Shown here: one piece after another, positions 55,571 to 64,000 of the stretch
How the letters are laid out: each line of letters begins with the position of its first letter
How positions within the stretch are numbered: position 1 is the first letter of the stretch
The notes under the pieces: model-generated
Told to the model about the DNA's origin: nothing
Database searches by the model: none
What the model saw: only the letters and a program-made list of their open reading frames with translations
NCBI GenBank assembly: GCA_964611835.1
Contig: CAZTDW010000001.1
Span: 14,033 to 78,032 of the forward strand
Direction: 5' to 3'
Origin: an uncultured Rikenellaceae bacterium
GTDB taxonomy: Bacteria > Bacteroidota > Bacteroidia > Bacteroidales > VadinHA17
DNA length: 64,000 nt
Program-made: the position numbers and the translations under genes

Positions 55571-56860
55571 CTATGGCAGGTCCCATATGCCGGCTGCCCT
55601 TTCCAGTTCAATAAGGGCCGAGGTATAGCTGAACAGCGCATCAAGCTGGTTTAGCTGAAGTTCGATATAGGTACGCTGTGCATTCAGTACATCGATCAGT
55701 CCGCTTTCGCCCTGCTGATATGAATAGATCCTTCCCTCAAGTATTTTCAGGGCATCTTCAGCCAGGCCCTTGTTATAATGTTCCACTTTTTTGCTTTGGG
55801 CAACATAATTGTTGTAGGCCTGTATAACCTCTGAGATAATTTGAAGTTCTGTCTCCTCATATATGGTCTGGCTTTGTTTTACTGCCAGATCTGCGGCTCT
55901 GAGGGATCCTTTGTTCAGGCTTGAGAATTTCAACGGGAAGCTTACTCCGGCTGTTAATCCGTTATATGCCGGAGCCGGGGCAATTTCATTTTTTACTATC
56001 GAATTATACGAGTATCCCGTCTCCAGGTTGAATTCAAATGCCCTGTCAGCCCTTATCAGATTCATGTTCTTTTCTGAGACTTCCCTGTTCTTTACTGCAA
56101 CCATAAGGTCGGCGCGCTTATTTATTGCATTGTCGACAAGTTCATTCAGTCTGAAGTCGTATTGTTTTACAGGAAAGTTTTGAGAAGGGATATCGAGGGT
56201 ATCCCTGAATTTTTTACCCTGCAGAAGCATCAGGTTCAGCGATGAATTCTGAAACTCCGCAAGGCTCTGATACACATCTGTCAGTTGCGAGCGTGCTTCG
56301 AGTGATGACTGAAGGGCGTCGAGCCCCGTGGCCTCACCGCTGGCCAGCCTTATACTGTCGGCTCTTGCGAGCTCTGACAATTGCTTGTATATATCCTGCT
56401 GAAGACTGAACAGTCGCTGATCCCTCAGGGTGGAAAAATAACTTAATGCTGCATCAGCCCTCAGATTGTGAAAGAATGCATCGAGTACCAGCTCCGACAG
56501 TTCATACTGTGATTTTGCCAGTGCTATATTTGCCCCTCTCCTGTTGCCTGTATTTACAGGGTAACTTAATCCGGCTTCAAACGACTGTCCCATTTGAAGT
56601 TTTCTGTCTTCGTTGTATCCGTAAGTCATTCCCAGCTCAGGATCAGGGAAGACCTTTGAGGCTTTAAGCTCTGCTTCTGCCATGCTGACATTGAACTGAC
56701 CCGCAATGTAACCGAGGTTCCCTTTTACAACTCCCGAAAGAAAGCCTGCAAGGGAAACCGGATTGCTTTTGTAGGGAATTTCCTGCTGGGCCTGCAATAT
56801 TTCAAGGTTTGAGGCAAGAACTAAAGTGCAGCAAATTATTGTTATTAATTTTTTTCTCAT
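55571..56860 (-). CDS. TolC-family outer membrane efflux protein (CzcC/CusC-like)
   Basis: The ORF-track entry is 55571..56905. The internal ATG at 56860 gives the signal peptide MRKKLITIICCTLVLAS and sits 5 nt after the RND pump stop. The protein has a repeated alpha-helical/OEP pattern. Confidence 0.8.
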   Translation of the reverse strand: MRKKLITIICCTLVLASNLEILQAQQEIPYKSNPVSLAGFLSGVVKGNLGYIAGQFNVSMAEAELKASKVFPDPELGMTYGYNEDRKLQMGQSFEAGLSYPVNTGNRRGANIALAKSQYELSELVLDAFFHNLRADAALSYFSTLRDQRLFSLQQDIYKQLSELARADSIRLASGEATGLDALQSSLEARSQLTDVYQSLAEFQNSSLNLMLLQGKKFRDTLDIPSQNFPVKQYDFRLNELVDNAINKRADLMVAVKNREVSEKNMNLIRADRAFEFNLETGYSYNSIVKNEIAPAPAYNGLTAGVSFPLKFSSLNKGSLRAADLAVKQSQTIYEETELQIISEVIQAYNNYVAQSKKVEHYNKGLAEDALKILEGRIYSYQQGESGLIDVLNAQRTYIELQLNQLDALFSYTSALIELERAAGIWDLP

Positions 56861-56865
56861 GGTTT

Positions 56866-59800
56866 TTATCTGATGTTTTCGGGAATATTTCTTTTCAGAT
56901 GCCATTTTTCGAGCATGTAATACATTGCCGGAAGGATGGAAAGAGTGATTATTGTCCCAAAGGCAAGCCCGTAAACTATGACTGTAGCAAGTGGGCGTTG
57001 CACATCTGAACCTATGTTGGTTGAGAGTGAAGCCGGGACCAATCCGAGTATTGCCACTGTAGAGGTCATAAGGATCTGGCGGAAACGGTGTGTGGATCCT
57101 TTTATTACTGCTTCCTTCAGGGGCTCTCCATTGTCACGGAGGTGATTGATGTGTGATATCATCAGAACTCCGTTCATGATATATATTCCAAAAAGGGCTA
57201 TAAATCCTACTGCCGAGGAGACGTTGAATGTCATGCCGGAAATGTTCAATGCCACCATTCCGCCAAAAACTGAAAGCGGTAATATAGCCATCTGAAGCCA
57301 GGCCTGCCTGAAATTGCCGAAGCTCCAGAAAAGGAGAAGGAACATCAGTGCCAGTGAAAGCGGTACAATAAGCATAAGCCTGGCGTAAGCCCTCCTCTGG
57401 TTGTCAAACTGACCGCTCCATTTCAGTGTAAACTCATTGTGATTATAAACCACATTTCTTTCGATAGCGTCACTTGCTTCCCTGAGAAAAGATGTAATAT
57501 CACGACCCCGCATATTTATGCGGACTGTCAGGAACCTGCTGTTGTTCTCGCGGTTTATTATCCCCGGCCCGGTAGTGGTTGATATCTGGGCTATCTGAGA
57601 TAATGGGATCTTCCCTCCTGTTGCCGAAGTGAGAAGCAATGAACCGATCTTTTCAGGCGTTTCACGTGATGGTTCATCGTATCTGCAGATAACATCATAC
57701 ACCCTGTTTCCAATGAAAACCTGTGACACTGCTTTTCCTGCTATTGCAACCTCGATAAGTTCCGATACATCTGCCACATTTAATCCATACAACGCAATCT
57801 TATCACGGTTGGCACTTATCTGCAGCTGAGGAAGCGGTGGCTCCTGTTCTATGTCCACATCACCGGCACCTTTTATTCCGGAAACCGTCTGTACAATATT
57901 TTCGGCTATCCTGCGGGCTTCGTCCTGATCTTCTCCAAAAACCTTTACTGCAAGATCACTGTGTGAACCTGCGATCTGATCCATAACCATATCGATTATA
58001 GGTTGCGAAAAGCCGACACTGTACCCCGGCAGTTCAGCCAGATCAGCTGCCAGTTCCTCTATCAGGTCAGACTTCCTTTTACCTTTCTTCCATTCCTTGT
58101 AGGGTATTAATCCTACCCCGCATTCTGCATGTGATATGGAGAATGGATCCGTTCCCTCATCATCCCTGCCAACCTGGGTCATAACATATTTAACCTCCTT
58201 ATATTTCATCACATGATTCCTGAGAGTATCTGCCATTGCTTTTGCCTTTTCCAGTGTCACACCCGGAGGCATCTGTACCTGAAGCCAGAGGGATCCTTCA
58301 TCCAGTGTCGGAAGGAAATCCTTACCCACTGTGAACGACAGTATGACTGTTACCAGAAGTATGCCTGCAACAGGCATAAATACTTTACGCGGCTTTTCAA
58401 TAATATTTATGGTAAACTTCCGGTACCTTCTTGTCAGCTTTTCAAGCCATACATTATGGTATACTTTCCGGGGTTTACGATATATGAAGTAGGAGAGTCC
58501 GGGAATTAGCACAAGGGCTACCGCCAGTGCTCCCAGAATGGCAAAACCAACTGTATAGGCCATCGGGGCAAACATCTTTTTTTCAATCCTTTCAAAGGTA
58601 AAAAGAGGCAGGTAAGCCATTATTATTATGAGCATGGAGAAGAAGATGGGTTTTCCCATTTCCACGCATCGTTTCACGATATTGTCAATGTGGAGTTCTT
58701 CTTCGGGATTCTCCTCCCTTTTTCTTAGTATTGTTTCAAGCATGACAACCGATCCCTCAACCAATATCCCAAAATCTATTGCGCCCAGAGAAAGAAGATT
58801 AGCCTGGATATTTGTAAAATGCATCAGGATAAAGGCTATCAGAAGCGACAGCGGGATTGTTACGGCAATAACAAGTGCGCTTCGCCAGCTGCCCAGGAAG
58901 ATTATCAGTACTCCCACAACAAGCAAAACTCCAAAAAGCAAAGTATGTGATACAGTGTTCAGGGTTGCGTTTACGAGATGTGTTCTGTCGAGGAATATGT
59001 GGATATTGACACCCTCAGGCAGAGTCTCATTGTTCAGTTCATCTATAGCCTTGTGGATATCTTCCAGCACCCTCGAAGGATTCTCATATCTGAGAAGCTG
59101 TACGATTCCCTGGACGCTTTCGCTATATTCCCTTTCCCTGTCGGAATATCCGAAAACGCCTTTTCTTTCAAAATTACCGTATTTAAGAGCTCCCAGATCA
59201 CTCAGGTAAACCGGAATACCGTTGGCAGTTTTTACCACCACCTTCCCAAGATCTTCAAGGTCTTTAATAAGACCAACAGCCCTTATTATGTAGGTCAGAT
59301 CACCCCGGTTGACCAAGCTTCCTCCGGCATTTGCGTTGTTCTTATTTATGCTTTCAACGACATTACTGAGAGTGATATCGTATTTTTCGAGCTTTTTCGG
59401 ATCAATTTCAATCTGATACTGGGTTGTTATTCCTCCGAAATTCTGCACATCGGCCACACCCATTACCTGTTTCAGACGCGGGATTATAACCCATTTCTGA
59501 AAATCGGTAAGCTCTCGAAGATCATAAGTTTCGCTTTCGATAACATACCGGCACACCTCACCGGTAGGGGATGTGAGCGGATTCAGTTCGGGGACAGCGC
59601 CAAAAGGAAGATCTATACCCGAGATCCTCTCCTGCACCCTCTGCCTGGCCCAGTAATCGTCGGTGCCATCTTTAAAAACAAGCAGAATTGCAGAGATGCT
59701 GAAAAGATTTTTGCTCCTCATGGTCTGAAGACCAGGAAGCCCGTTGAGTTCACGTTCCAGTGGAATCGTTATCTGCTGTTCAATCTCTTCTGCTGCAAGT

Positions 59801-59961
59801 CCCGGTACCTGTGTCACCACCTGGACCGTTACGTCAGCAATATCGGGATAAGCGTCTATGGGTAACTGGAACCATGAATAAATGCCGATTGCAGCAACCA
59901 ACGCAAAGACTGTGGCTATTAAGAAACGTCTGTTTATGAAAAGTCTGAAAAGTCTGTCCAT
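56866..59961 (-). CDS. czcA: RND efflux pump, CusA/CzcA heavy-metal efflux family
   Basis: The 1031-aa ORF has the N-terminus FINRRFLIATVFALVAAIGIYSWFQLPIDAYPDIADVTVQV typical of the HME-RND subfamily, and 12 TM segments. Confidence 0.85.
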   Translation of the reverse strand: MDRLFRLFINRRFLIATVFALVAAIGIYSWFQLPIDAYPDIADVTVQVVTQVPGLAAEEIEQQITIPLERELNGLPGLQTMRSKNLFSISAILLVFKDGTDDYWARQRVQERISGIDLPFGAVPELNPLTSPTGEVCRYVIESETYDLRELTDFQKWVIIPRLKQVMGVADVQNFGGITTQYQIEIDPKKLEKYDITLSNVVESINKNNANAGGSLVNRGDLTYIIRAVGLIKDLEDLGKVVVKTANGIPVYLSDLGALKYGNFERKGVFGYSDREREYSESVQGIVQLLRYENPSRVLEDIHKAIDELNNETLPEGVNIHIFLDRTHLVNATLNTVSHTLLFGVLLVVGVLIIFLGSWRSALVIAVTIPLSLLIAFILMHFTNIQANLLSLGAIDFGILVEGSVVMLETILRKREENPEEELHIDNIVKRCVEMGKPIFFSMLIIIMAYLPLFTFERIEKKMFAPMAYTVGFAILGALAVALVLIPGLSYFIYRKPRKVYHNVWLEKLTRRYRKFTINIIEKPRKVFMPVAGILLVTVILSFTVGKDFLPTLDEGSLWLQVQMPPGVTLEKAKAMADTLRNHVMKYKEVKYVMTQVGRDDEGTDPFSISHAECGVGLIPYKEWKKGKRKSDLIEELAADLAELPGYSVGFSQPIIDMVMDQIAGSHSDLAVKVFGEDQDEARRIAENIVQTVSGIKGAGDVDIEQEPPLPQLQISANRDKIALYGLNVADVSELIEVAIAGKAVSQVFIGNRVYDVICRYDEPSRETPEKIGSLLLTSATGGKIPLSQIAQISTTTGPGIINRENNSRFLTVRINMRGRDITSFLREASDAIERNVVYNHNEFTLKWSGQFDNQRRAYARLMLIVPLSLALMFLLLFWSFGNFRQAWLQMAILPLSVFGGMVALNISGMTFNVSSAVGFIALFGIYIMNGVLMISHINHLRDNGEPLKEAVIKGSTHRFRQILMTSTVAILGLVPASLSTNIGSDVQRPLATVIVYGLAFGTIITLSILPAMYYMLEKWHLKRNIPENIR

Positions 59962-59972
59962 ACAATCACCTT

Positions 59973-61142
59973 TTACTGCAGAAATAATCCGCCTTCCGAA
60001 ATAATAATTTTTCCAGGCTCAAGACCAGAATTTACAATAAGATCTTTTTCATCTAAGGATTTTACTTCGACTCTTTTTCTGACAAAAACTCCGGGCCTTG
60101 CCTGGATAAACAAATAGCTCTTGTCATGATTCTGCAGAACCGAGCTGGCGGGTATTACTATTGAGTTAGGCATGGTATGATAAAATCTTATTGCAACAAA
60201 CATTCCGCATTTAAGAATATGTTCGGGATTCTGGCATTCGATATATACTTCAACCGAGCGGGTTTCCTGATTCATAATGTCTCCGATGTAGCTTACCTGA
60301 CCCCTGATCGGATTATCCGGCATGCTTTCGGTGAATACCTCAACCTGGTTGTTAAGGCTGAAAGCCCCGAGATCTTTTTCCTTGACATTTGCAACAACCC
60401 ATATTTTGTTGATATCCGCCACTATAACAAGAGGATCTCCGTCGGAGCGGATGAACTGACCGGCAGTTATCTGCGTACTGACAACTTCTCCTGCAATCGG
60501 CGATCTTACAACCATCGGTTTAATAAGATCCGCATCATCGGGATTGAGATTCATGATTTTCAGGATTGAGGCGGTTTTTTCCAGTTCCTTGTCGGCCAGA
60601 TCAAATTCAAGCCTTGTCTCGTCATACTCCCTTCGCGAACTGACACCTTTTTCCATGAGGTCTTTTTTACGTGCAAGGTTTTTTTCCGCCAGCTCCTTTT
60701 CTTTTTTTGCCTGCATGAACATTCTTACATGCTCCAGATAATCTGACGAGCTTACCTCGAACAAAGGGGATCCCATTTTTACTTTCTGTCCCAGGTTAAC
60801 GAAAGACCTTACTATGCGGCCTTCGAATGGAGATGCCACTTCAGCCTTGTGACCCGAAATGGGTCTGACAACACCGGTAGTGGTAAAGTAGCCTGTATGA
60901 TCGTTGACGGTGACAGTTTTAAATTTCAGTTTGGCCATTACGGGAGAAGCAGAAGAAACGAAAACCGTATCGCCGATAGTATAGATGCTTTTGGCTTCGA
61001 CTGGTTTATGCCTGCCTCTTATGCGTTTGCGGTTTTGCCCCGTATGACCATAAGGCGGGTTGACGGGCTCGTTCACAGTGTTTGCATCGTCCTGACATGC
61101 AGCAAGAAATACCACAAAAAAGAATAAAATCAGTCTGTTCAT
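59973..61142 (-). CDS. RND efflux periplasmic adaptor (CzcB/CusB-like)
   Basis: The 389-aa ORF has the lipoprotein signal FLAAC and a barrel-sandwich/coiled-coil layout of HlyD-like adaptors. Confidence 0.8.
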   Translation of the reverse strand: MNRLILFFFVVFLAACQDDANTVNEPVNPPYGHTGQNRKRIRGRHKPVEAKSIYTIGDTVFVSSASPVMAKLKFKTVTVNDHTGYFTTTGVVRPISGHKAEVASPFEGRIVRSFVNLGQKVKMGSPLFEVSSSDYLEHVRMFMQAKKEKELAEKNLARKKDLMEKGVSSRREYDETRLEFDLADKELEKTASILKIMNLNPDDADLIKPMVVRSPIAGEVVSTQITAGQFIRSDGDPLVIVADINKIWVVANVKEKDLGAFSLNNQVEVFTESMPDNPIRGQVSYIGDIMNQETRSVEVYIECQNPEHILKCGMFVAIRFYHTMPNSIVIPASSVLQNHDKSYLFIQARPGVFVRKRVEVKSLDEKDLIVNSGLEPGKIIISEGGLFLQ

Positions 61143-61231
61143 TATATTATTAAAACTTAATGGTGATTACCGAATACTCCAGAATCGCTCAGGGCTTATT
61201 CAGTATAATAAGGTAAAAGCCGGGATTTTGA

Positions 61232-61612
61232 TCAGGCAATCAGGGAAGGAGGACCCCTGAGATGGTACTTAAATTCACAGCCTCCTGACGGGGATTTAAT
61301 GACAACTCCGGAAATGATTTCTCCAGTAAAAGCCGGATGGATGTCATCAACCGAAAAAACCGCATTAATATCAGCAATAAAATTGTTCAGCAGAAAAACC
61401 AGAAGGTAAACCGAGTTGCTGTGGCTGTGAAGAGGCTTTCCGTTACAGTCGGGCTTAAAAGGATGTGAATGTACAAATATGGATCCTTCTGATATGTGTG
61501 TGTGATTGAAAAGTATGGTACTTAAGAAAAACCCTGTAAACAGAATTAAAAAAAAACACCCTGATATGTCAATTCCGCTCCGTTTCACCCGGACAACCTT
61601 TAAAATCGTCAC
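61232..61612 (-). CDS. Hypothetical membrane-anchored His-rich protein (three HxH motifs)
   Basis: The 126-aa ORF has one TM helix, then NHTHISEGSIFVHSHPFKPDCNGKPLHSHSNS. It is the first gene of the czc-like operon. Confidence 0.5.
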   Translation of the reverse strand: MTILKVVRVKRSGIDISGCFFLILFTGFFLSTILFNHTHISEGSIFVHSHPFKPDCNGKPLHSHSNSVYLLVFLLNNFIADINAVFSVDDIHPAFTGEIISGVVIKSPSGGCEFKYHLRGPPSLIA

Positions 61613-61876
61613 AAATATAGGTTAATAATGAAAATGTGTCGCTTTAAAAAAACAAAAATAAAAATTGATTATTTCCGGAATCATCATTTTTGCAATATAT
61701 GACAAATTTCATAGCAATAAATACCGGTAAATGATCGCAGATATTACTGATTTCATTTGAAATTTCTTTACTAAATTTTAATTTTGATTATGTCAATAAT
61801 TCAGGCTGACGGATACTTTTTTTGGTATTTATCTGTTATCTTTTAGGGTTTGCTTTGTTACTAAATCATTATAATT

Positions 61877-62287
61877 ATGAAGGTCGGTGGTTTAATCTTC
61901 TTTATTTTATGGATCTGCGGATTTCCTTCCTACTTATTCACTGAGAAAGCTGGAAATCTAAAAATATCGCCCGAAGGACCCGGGATCAGTTTTTCAGAGA
62001 CTGAATATGATTTCGGGACAATAAGGACAGGTTCGGATGCGGTTCACTATTTTGTATTTTCAAATTCAGGTAAAACGCCTCTGGTAATAATGAACGTAAG
62101 GACTTCCTGCGGATGCATGGCTTCTGAATGGCCTAAAATTCCCCTCGCTGAAGGCAGCAAGGATTCCCTGAGAGTGGAATACAATACCAGGGTTAAAGGA
62201 GTATTCAACAAAACCATTACAGTTCAATCCAATGCAAAGGATCCTGTTGTCGAATTACGGATAAAGGGAAATGTGGTAAAGAGATGA
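61877..62287 (+). CDS. DUF1573 domain protein
   Basis: The 136-aa ORF carries YDFGTIRTGSDAVHYFVFSNSGKTPLVIMNVRTSCGC, the DUF1573 signature. Confidence 0.8.
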   Translation: MKVGGLIFFILWICGFPSYLFTEKAGNLKISPEGPGISFSETEYDFGTIRTGSDAVHYFVFSNSGKTPLVIMNVRTSCGCMASEWPKIPLAEGSKDSLRVEYNTRVKGVFNKTITVQSNAKDPVVELRIKGNVVKR

Positions 62288-63201
62288 GTAATAATAGAAA
62301 AGATATTGTTTTTCAGACAGGATACTTGCTTAAAGTTGTTTGTTTGCTTGCATTTACGGTGTTATTTTTTCAATGTTCCGAAGAAAAAGAACCGGAATTG
62401 TCCGAAGCATTGTCGGTAGAGCTTATTACTCATGACGTAACAATATTCAGGGGATCGGACGGATCAGCAGAGGCTGTGGTTAAAGGTGGCACGGCCCCTT
62501 ACAGCTACAGCTGGTCAACCGGCGAAACAACTAAGGATATTGGAAATCTTACCTCCGGAGTTTATTCGGTTGTAGTAAAAGACGCAATTGATTCCACGGT
62601 ATCGGCTGAAGCGAAAATCAATCAGCCTGTACCTGAAAATACAGTAATTGATGTAGAAGGGAATATTTACACTACAGTAAAAATCGGGGAACAGATATGG
62701 ATGCAGGAAAATCTGCGGGTGTCGGTTGCTCCTGACAGTTCTGAAATTACAAGCTGGTTATATAATGATGATCCGGAAAATGAGGAGAAATTCGGCAGGC
62801 TCTATACATGGGATGTAGCAATGAACGGATCAACGTCTGAGAAAGCTCAGGGTATATGCCCTGTCGGCTGGCATATTCCTTCGGATGGTGAATGGAAAAC
62901 ACTTGAAATGTTCCTTGGCATGACACAACAGGAGGCTGATATGTCTAATACATGGAGGGGAGCAGGTGTGGGTACAAAGCTTGGTAAAGGAGGAGACTCG
63001 GGTTACGAGGCTCTTTATGCCGGACGGAGAACAAATTTCGGATCATACAGTCTTCTGAACATGTATGAGTATGTGTGGACATCTACTGAGGCGGGTACAA
63101 ATGCCTGGCGAAGGTGCCTTGAAGTTGGAGTCAGTACTGTTGGAAGATGGGATACATTTCCCAAAAATTATGCATTCTCAGTCAGGTGCGTAAAGAATTA
63201 G
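62284..63201 (+). CDS. FISUMP-domain protein with SprB-like repeat
   Basis: The 305-aa ORF carries GSDGSAEAVVKGGTAPYSYSWSTGE (SprB-repeat-like). The FISUMP core is DVEGNIYTTVKIGEQIWMQENL...AFSVRCVKN. It overlaps the upstream gene by 4 nt. Confidence 0.8.
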   Translation: MSNNRKDIVFQTGYLLKVVCLLAFTVLFFQCSEEKEPELSEALSVELITHDVTIFRGSDGSAEAVVKGGTAPYSYSWSTGETTKDIGNLTSGVYSVVVKDAIDSTVSAEAKINQPVPENTVIDVEGNIYTTVKIGEQIWMQENLRVSVAPDSSEITSWLYNDDPENEEKFGRLYTWDVAMNGSTSEKAQGICPVGWHIPSDGEWKTLEMFLGMTQQEADMSNTWRGAGVGTKLGKGGDSGYEALYAGRRTNFGSYSLLNMYEYVWTSTEAGTNAWRRCLEVGVSTVGRWDTFPKNYAFSVRCVKN

Positions 63202-63210
63202 CAATCGGAA

Positions 63211-63555
63211 ATGAAAAATCTGCTGGGTTTATTATTGATTTTTTTGATGATCTCATCCTGTTCCAAAGGTGATGACGGAAACCAGGAAGATCCGGGTCAA
63301 CCATTGATCTACACGTCACTCACTGCTGAAAGAGACACCATTGAATCGGGTGAAACCACAAAAGTCACTGCGGTCGCAACAGGATACAAACTCTCTTTTC
63401 ACTGGTCGGCCACAGCCGGAGATATTCTCGGAACAGGCAGCCAGGTTATTTATGCCGCTTCGCCCTGTCAGGCAGGTAAAAATAAAATTACCTGCACAAT
63501 AAGCGATGGTAATAATAATTCAAATTCAAAAGAGATATTCATTGTTGTTAAATAA
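63211..63555 (+). CDS. Hypothetical small lipoprotein (Ig-like)
   Basis: The 114-aa ORF has the signal/lipobox LMISSCS. Confidence 0.55.
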   Translation: MKNLLGLLLIFLMISSCSKGDDGNQEDPGQPLIYTSLTAERDTIESGETTKVTAVATGYKLSFHWSATAGDILGTGSQVIYAASPCQAGKNKITCTISDGNNNSNSKEIFIVVK

Positions 63556-64000
63556 GCTGAAAATAGCTGTTTTTGTTCTCGTTTCGTGGTTGTGCGTCGG
63601 TAAGCTGTCAGCCCAATGCCTTTCATCGGTTAACCCTGTGGGAGGATCAGTTAACCTGCTTGTTCTGGAGAAGAAAACATTAAGGGTAATATCTTTTTAC
63701 CGTTATAATTACGGAGACAAATATTTTGAAGGTGATAAGCAATCGGACTTCAATCTTATAAGCAGCGCTAACTATAATTATGCAGGTACAATACTTGGAT
63801 ACGGCCTGGCTGATAAACTTACCCTGGAAACGGAATTCGGTTATTTTTTTAATAAAACACAGAATTATAACTTAATTCCGGCCTATAAACTTCAGAGCAG
63901 TGGATTTTCAAATGCAATTATTTCAGCCAAATACGGACTGCTGAAGAATGACAGCAAACGATTTTTCATCTCATCCTCCATCGGATTGAAAATACCTTTC
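63545..64000 (+). CDS. Putative outer-membrane beta-barrel protein, partial (3' end off window)
   Basis: Absent from the ORF track. My translation is open from 63554 to 64000: KLKIAVFVLVSWLCVGKLSAQCLSS...YNYAGTILGYGLADKLTLETEFGYFF... It has a signal-peptide-like N-terminus and alternating aromatic/aliphatic strands. There is no ATG, so TTG at 63545 is only a candidate start. Confidence 0.45.
   Translation, partial: MLNKLKIAVFVLVSWLCVGKLSAQCLSSVNPVGGSVNLLVLEKKTLRVISFYRYNYGDKYFEGDKQSDFNLISSANYNYAGTILGYGLADKLTLETEFGYFFNKTQNYNLIPAYKLQSSGFSNAIISAKYGLLKNDSKRFFISSSIGLKIPF

Noticed and set aside
1-64000. Scan for tRNA, rRNA, tmRNA or riboswitch-like conserved cores in all intergenic regions longer than 100 nt
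   Set aside because: I saw no T-loop (GGTTCGAATCC-like) or anticodon-arm architecture, no rRNA-like segments and no riboswitch core that I recognise. A covariance-model scan (Infernal/Rfam, tRNAscan-SE) would be needed to exclude them formally.

Overview
This 64-kb window looks like a chromosomal segment from a Bacteroidota-type genome. That assignment is an inference from three things. Exact TAnnTTTG -7 promoter motifs sit 16-30 nt upstream of several start codons. FISUMP and DUF1573 lipoproteins are present. Several secreted glycoside hydrolases are present. I support about 55 protein-coding genes. I saw no rRNA, tRNA, CRISPR array or intact mobile element. Gene blocks run in this order: (1) a partial MFS-like transporter; (2) an acid-sugar operon of GntP permease, LarA-N-like protein, DUF1537 kinase and PdxA2; (3) an HtrA-like protease, a lipoprotein and a LytS/LytTR two-component pair; (4) glycan degradation genes (GH20, GH105, GH28, later GH2) interspersed with uncharacterised secreted proteins; (5) DUF364, a membrane/P-loop NTPase fusion and an ATP-grasp gene; (6) a tightly packed minus-strand cluster of ArsM-like methyltransferase, secreted thioredoxin, an unannotated 32-codon tri-cysteine ORF, a radical SAM/SPASM enzyme, a Trx-TrxR fusion and a 692-aa secreted protein; (7) DUF1846; (8) a polyol/sugar operon with a CUT2-type ABC importer; (9) a FISUMP lipoprotein followed by an ABC exporter, a hypothetical protein and an ICMT-like/Lgt-like membrane fusion; (10) an S8 protease flanked by long palindromic elements; (11) a 643-aa class-V PLP enzyme, an OmpA-like protein and a TAT-signal protein; (12) an ECF sigma/anti-sigma/CpxP-like operon ending in an EF-hand-like, Gly/Arg-repeat secreted protein; (13) a CzcCBA-type RND efflux operon with a DUF134 protein; (14) a second FISUMP/DUF1573 cluster. 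The most interesting signal is block 6. A short Cys-rich ORF, too small for the ORF track, sits 37 nt upstream of a radical SAM/SPASM enzyme that has a roughly 95-residue N-terminal extension. The pair is embedded among thioredoxin-system genes and an arsenite-methyltransferase-like gene. A second recurring signal is a set of intergenic long imperfect palindromes, each built from 3-4 phased short repeats per arm. All functional calls come from motif recognition by eye; no database search was possible.
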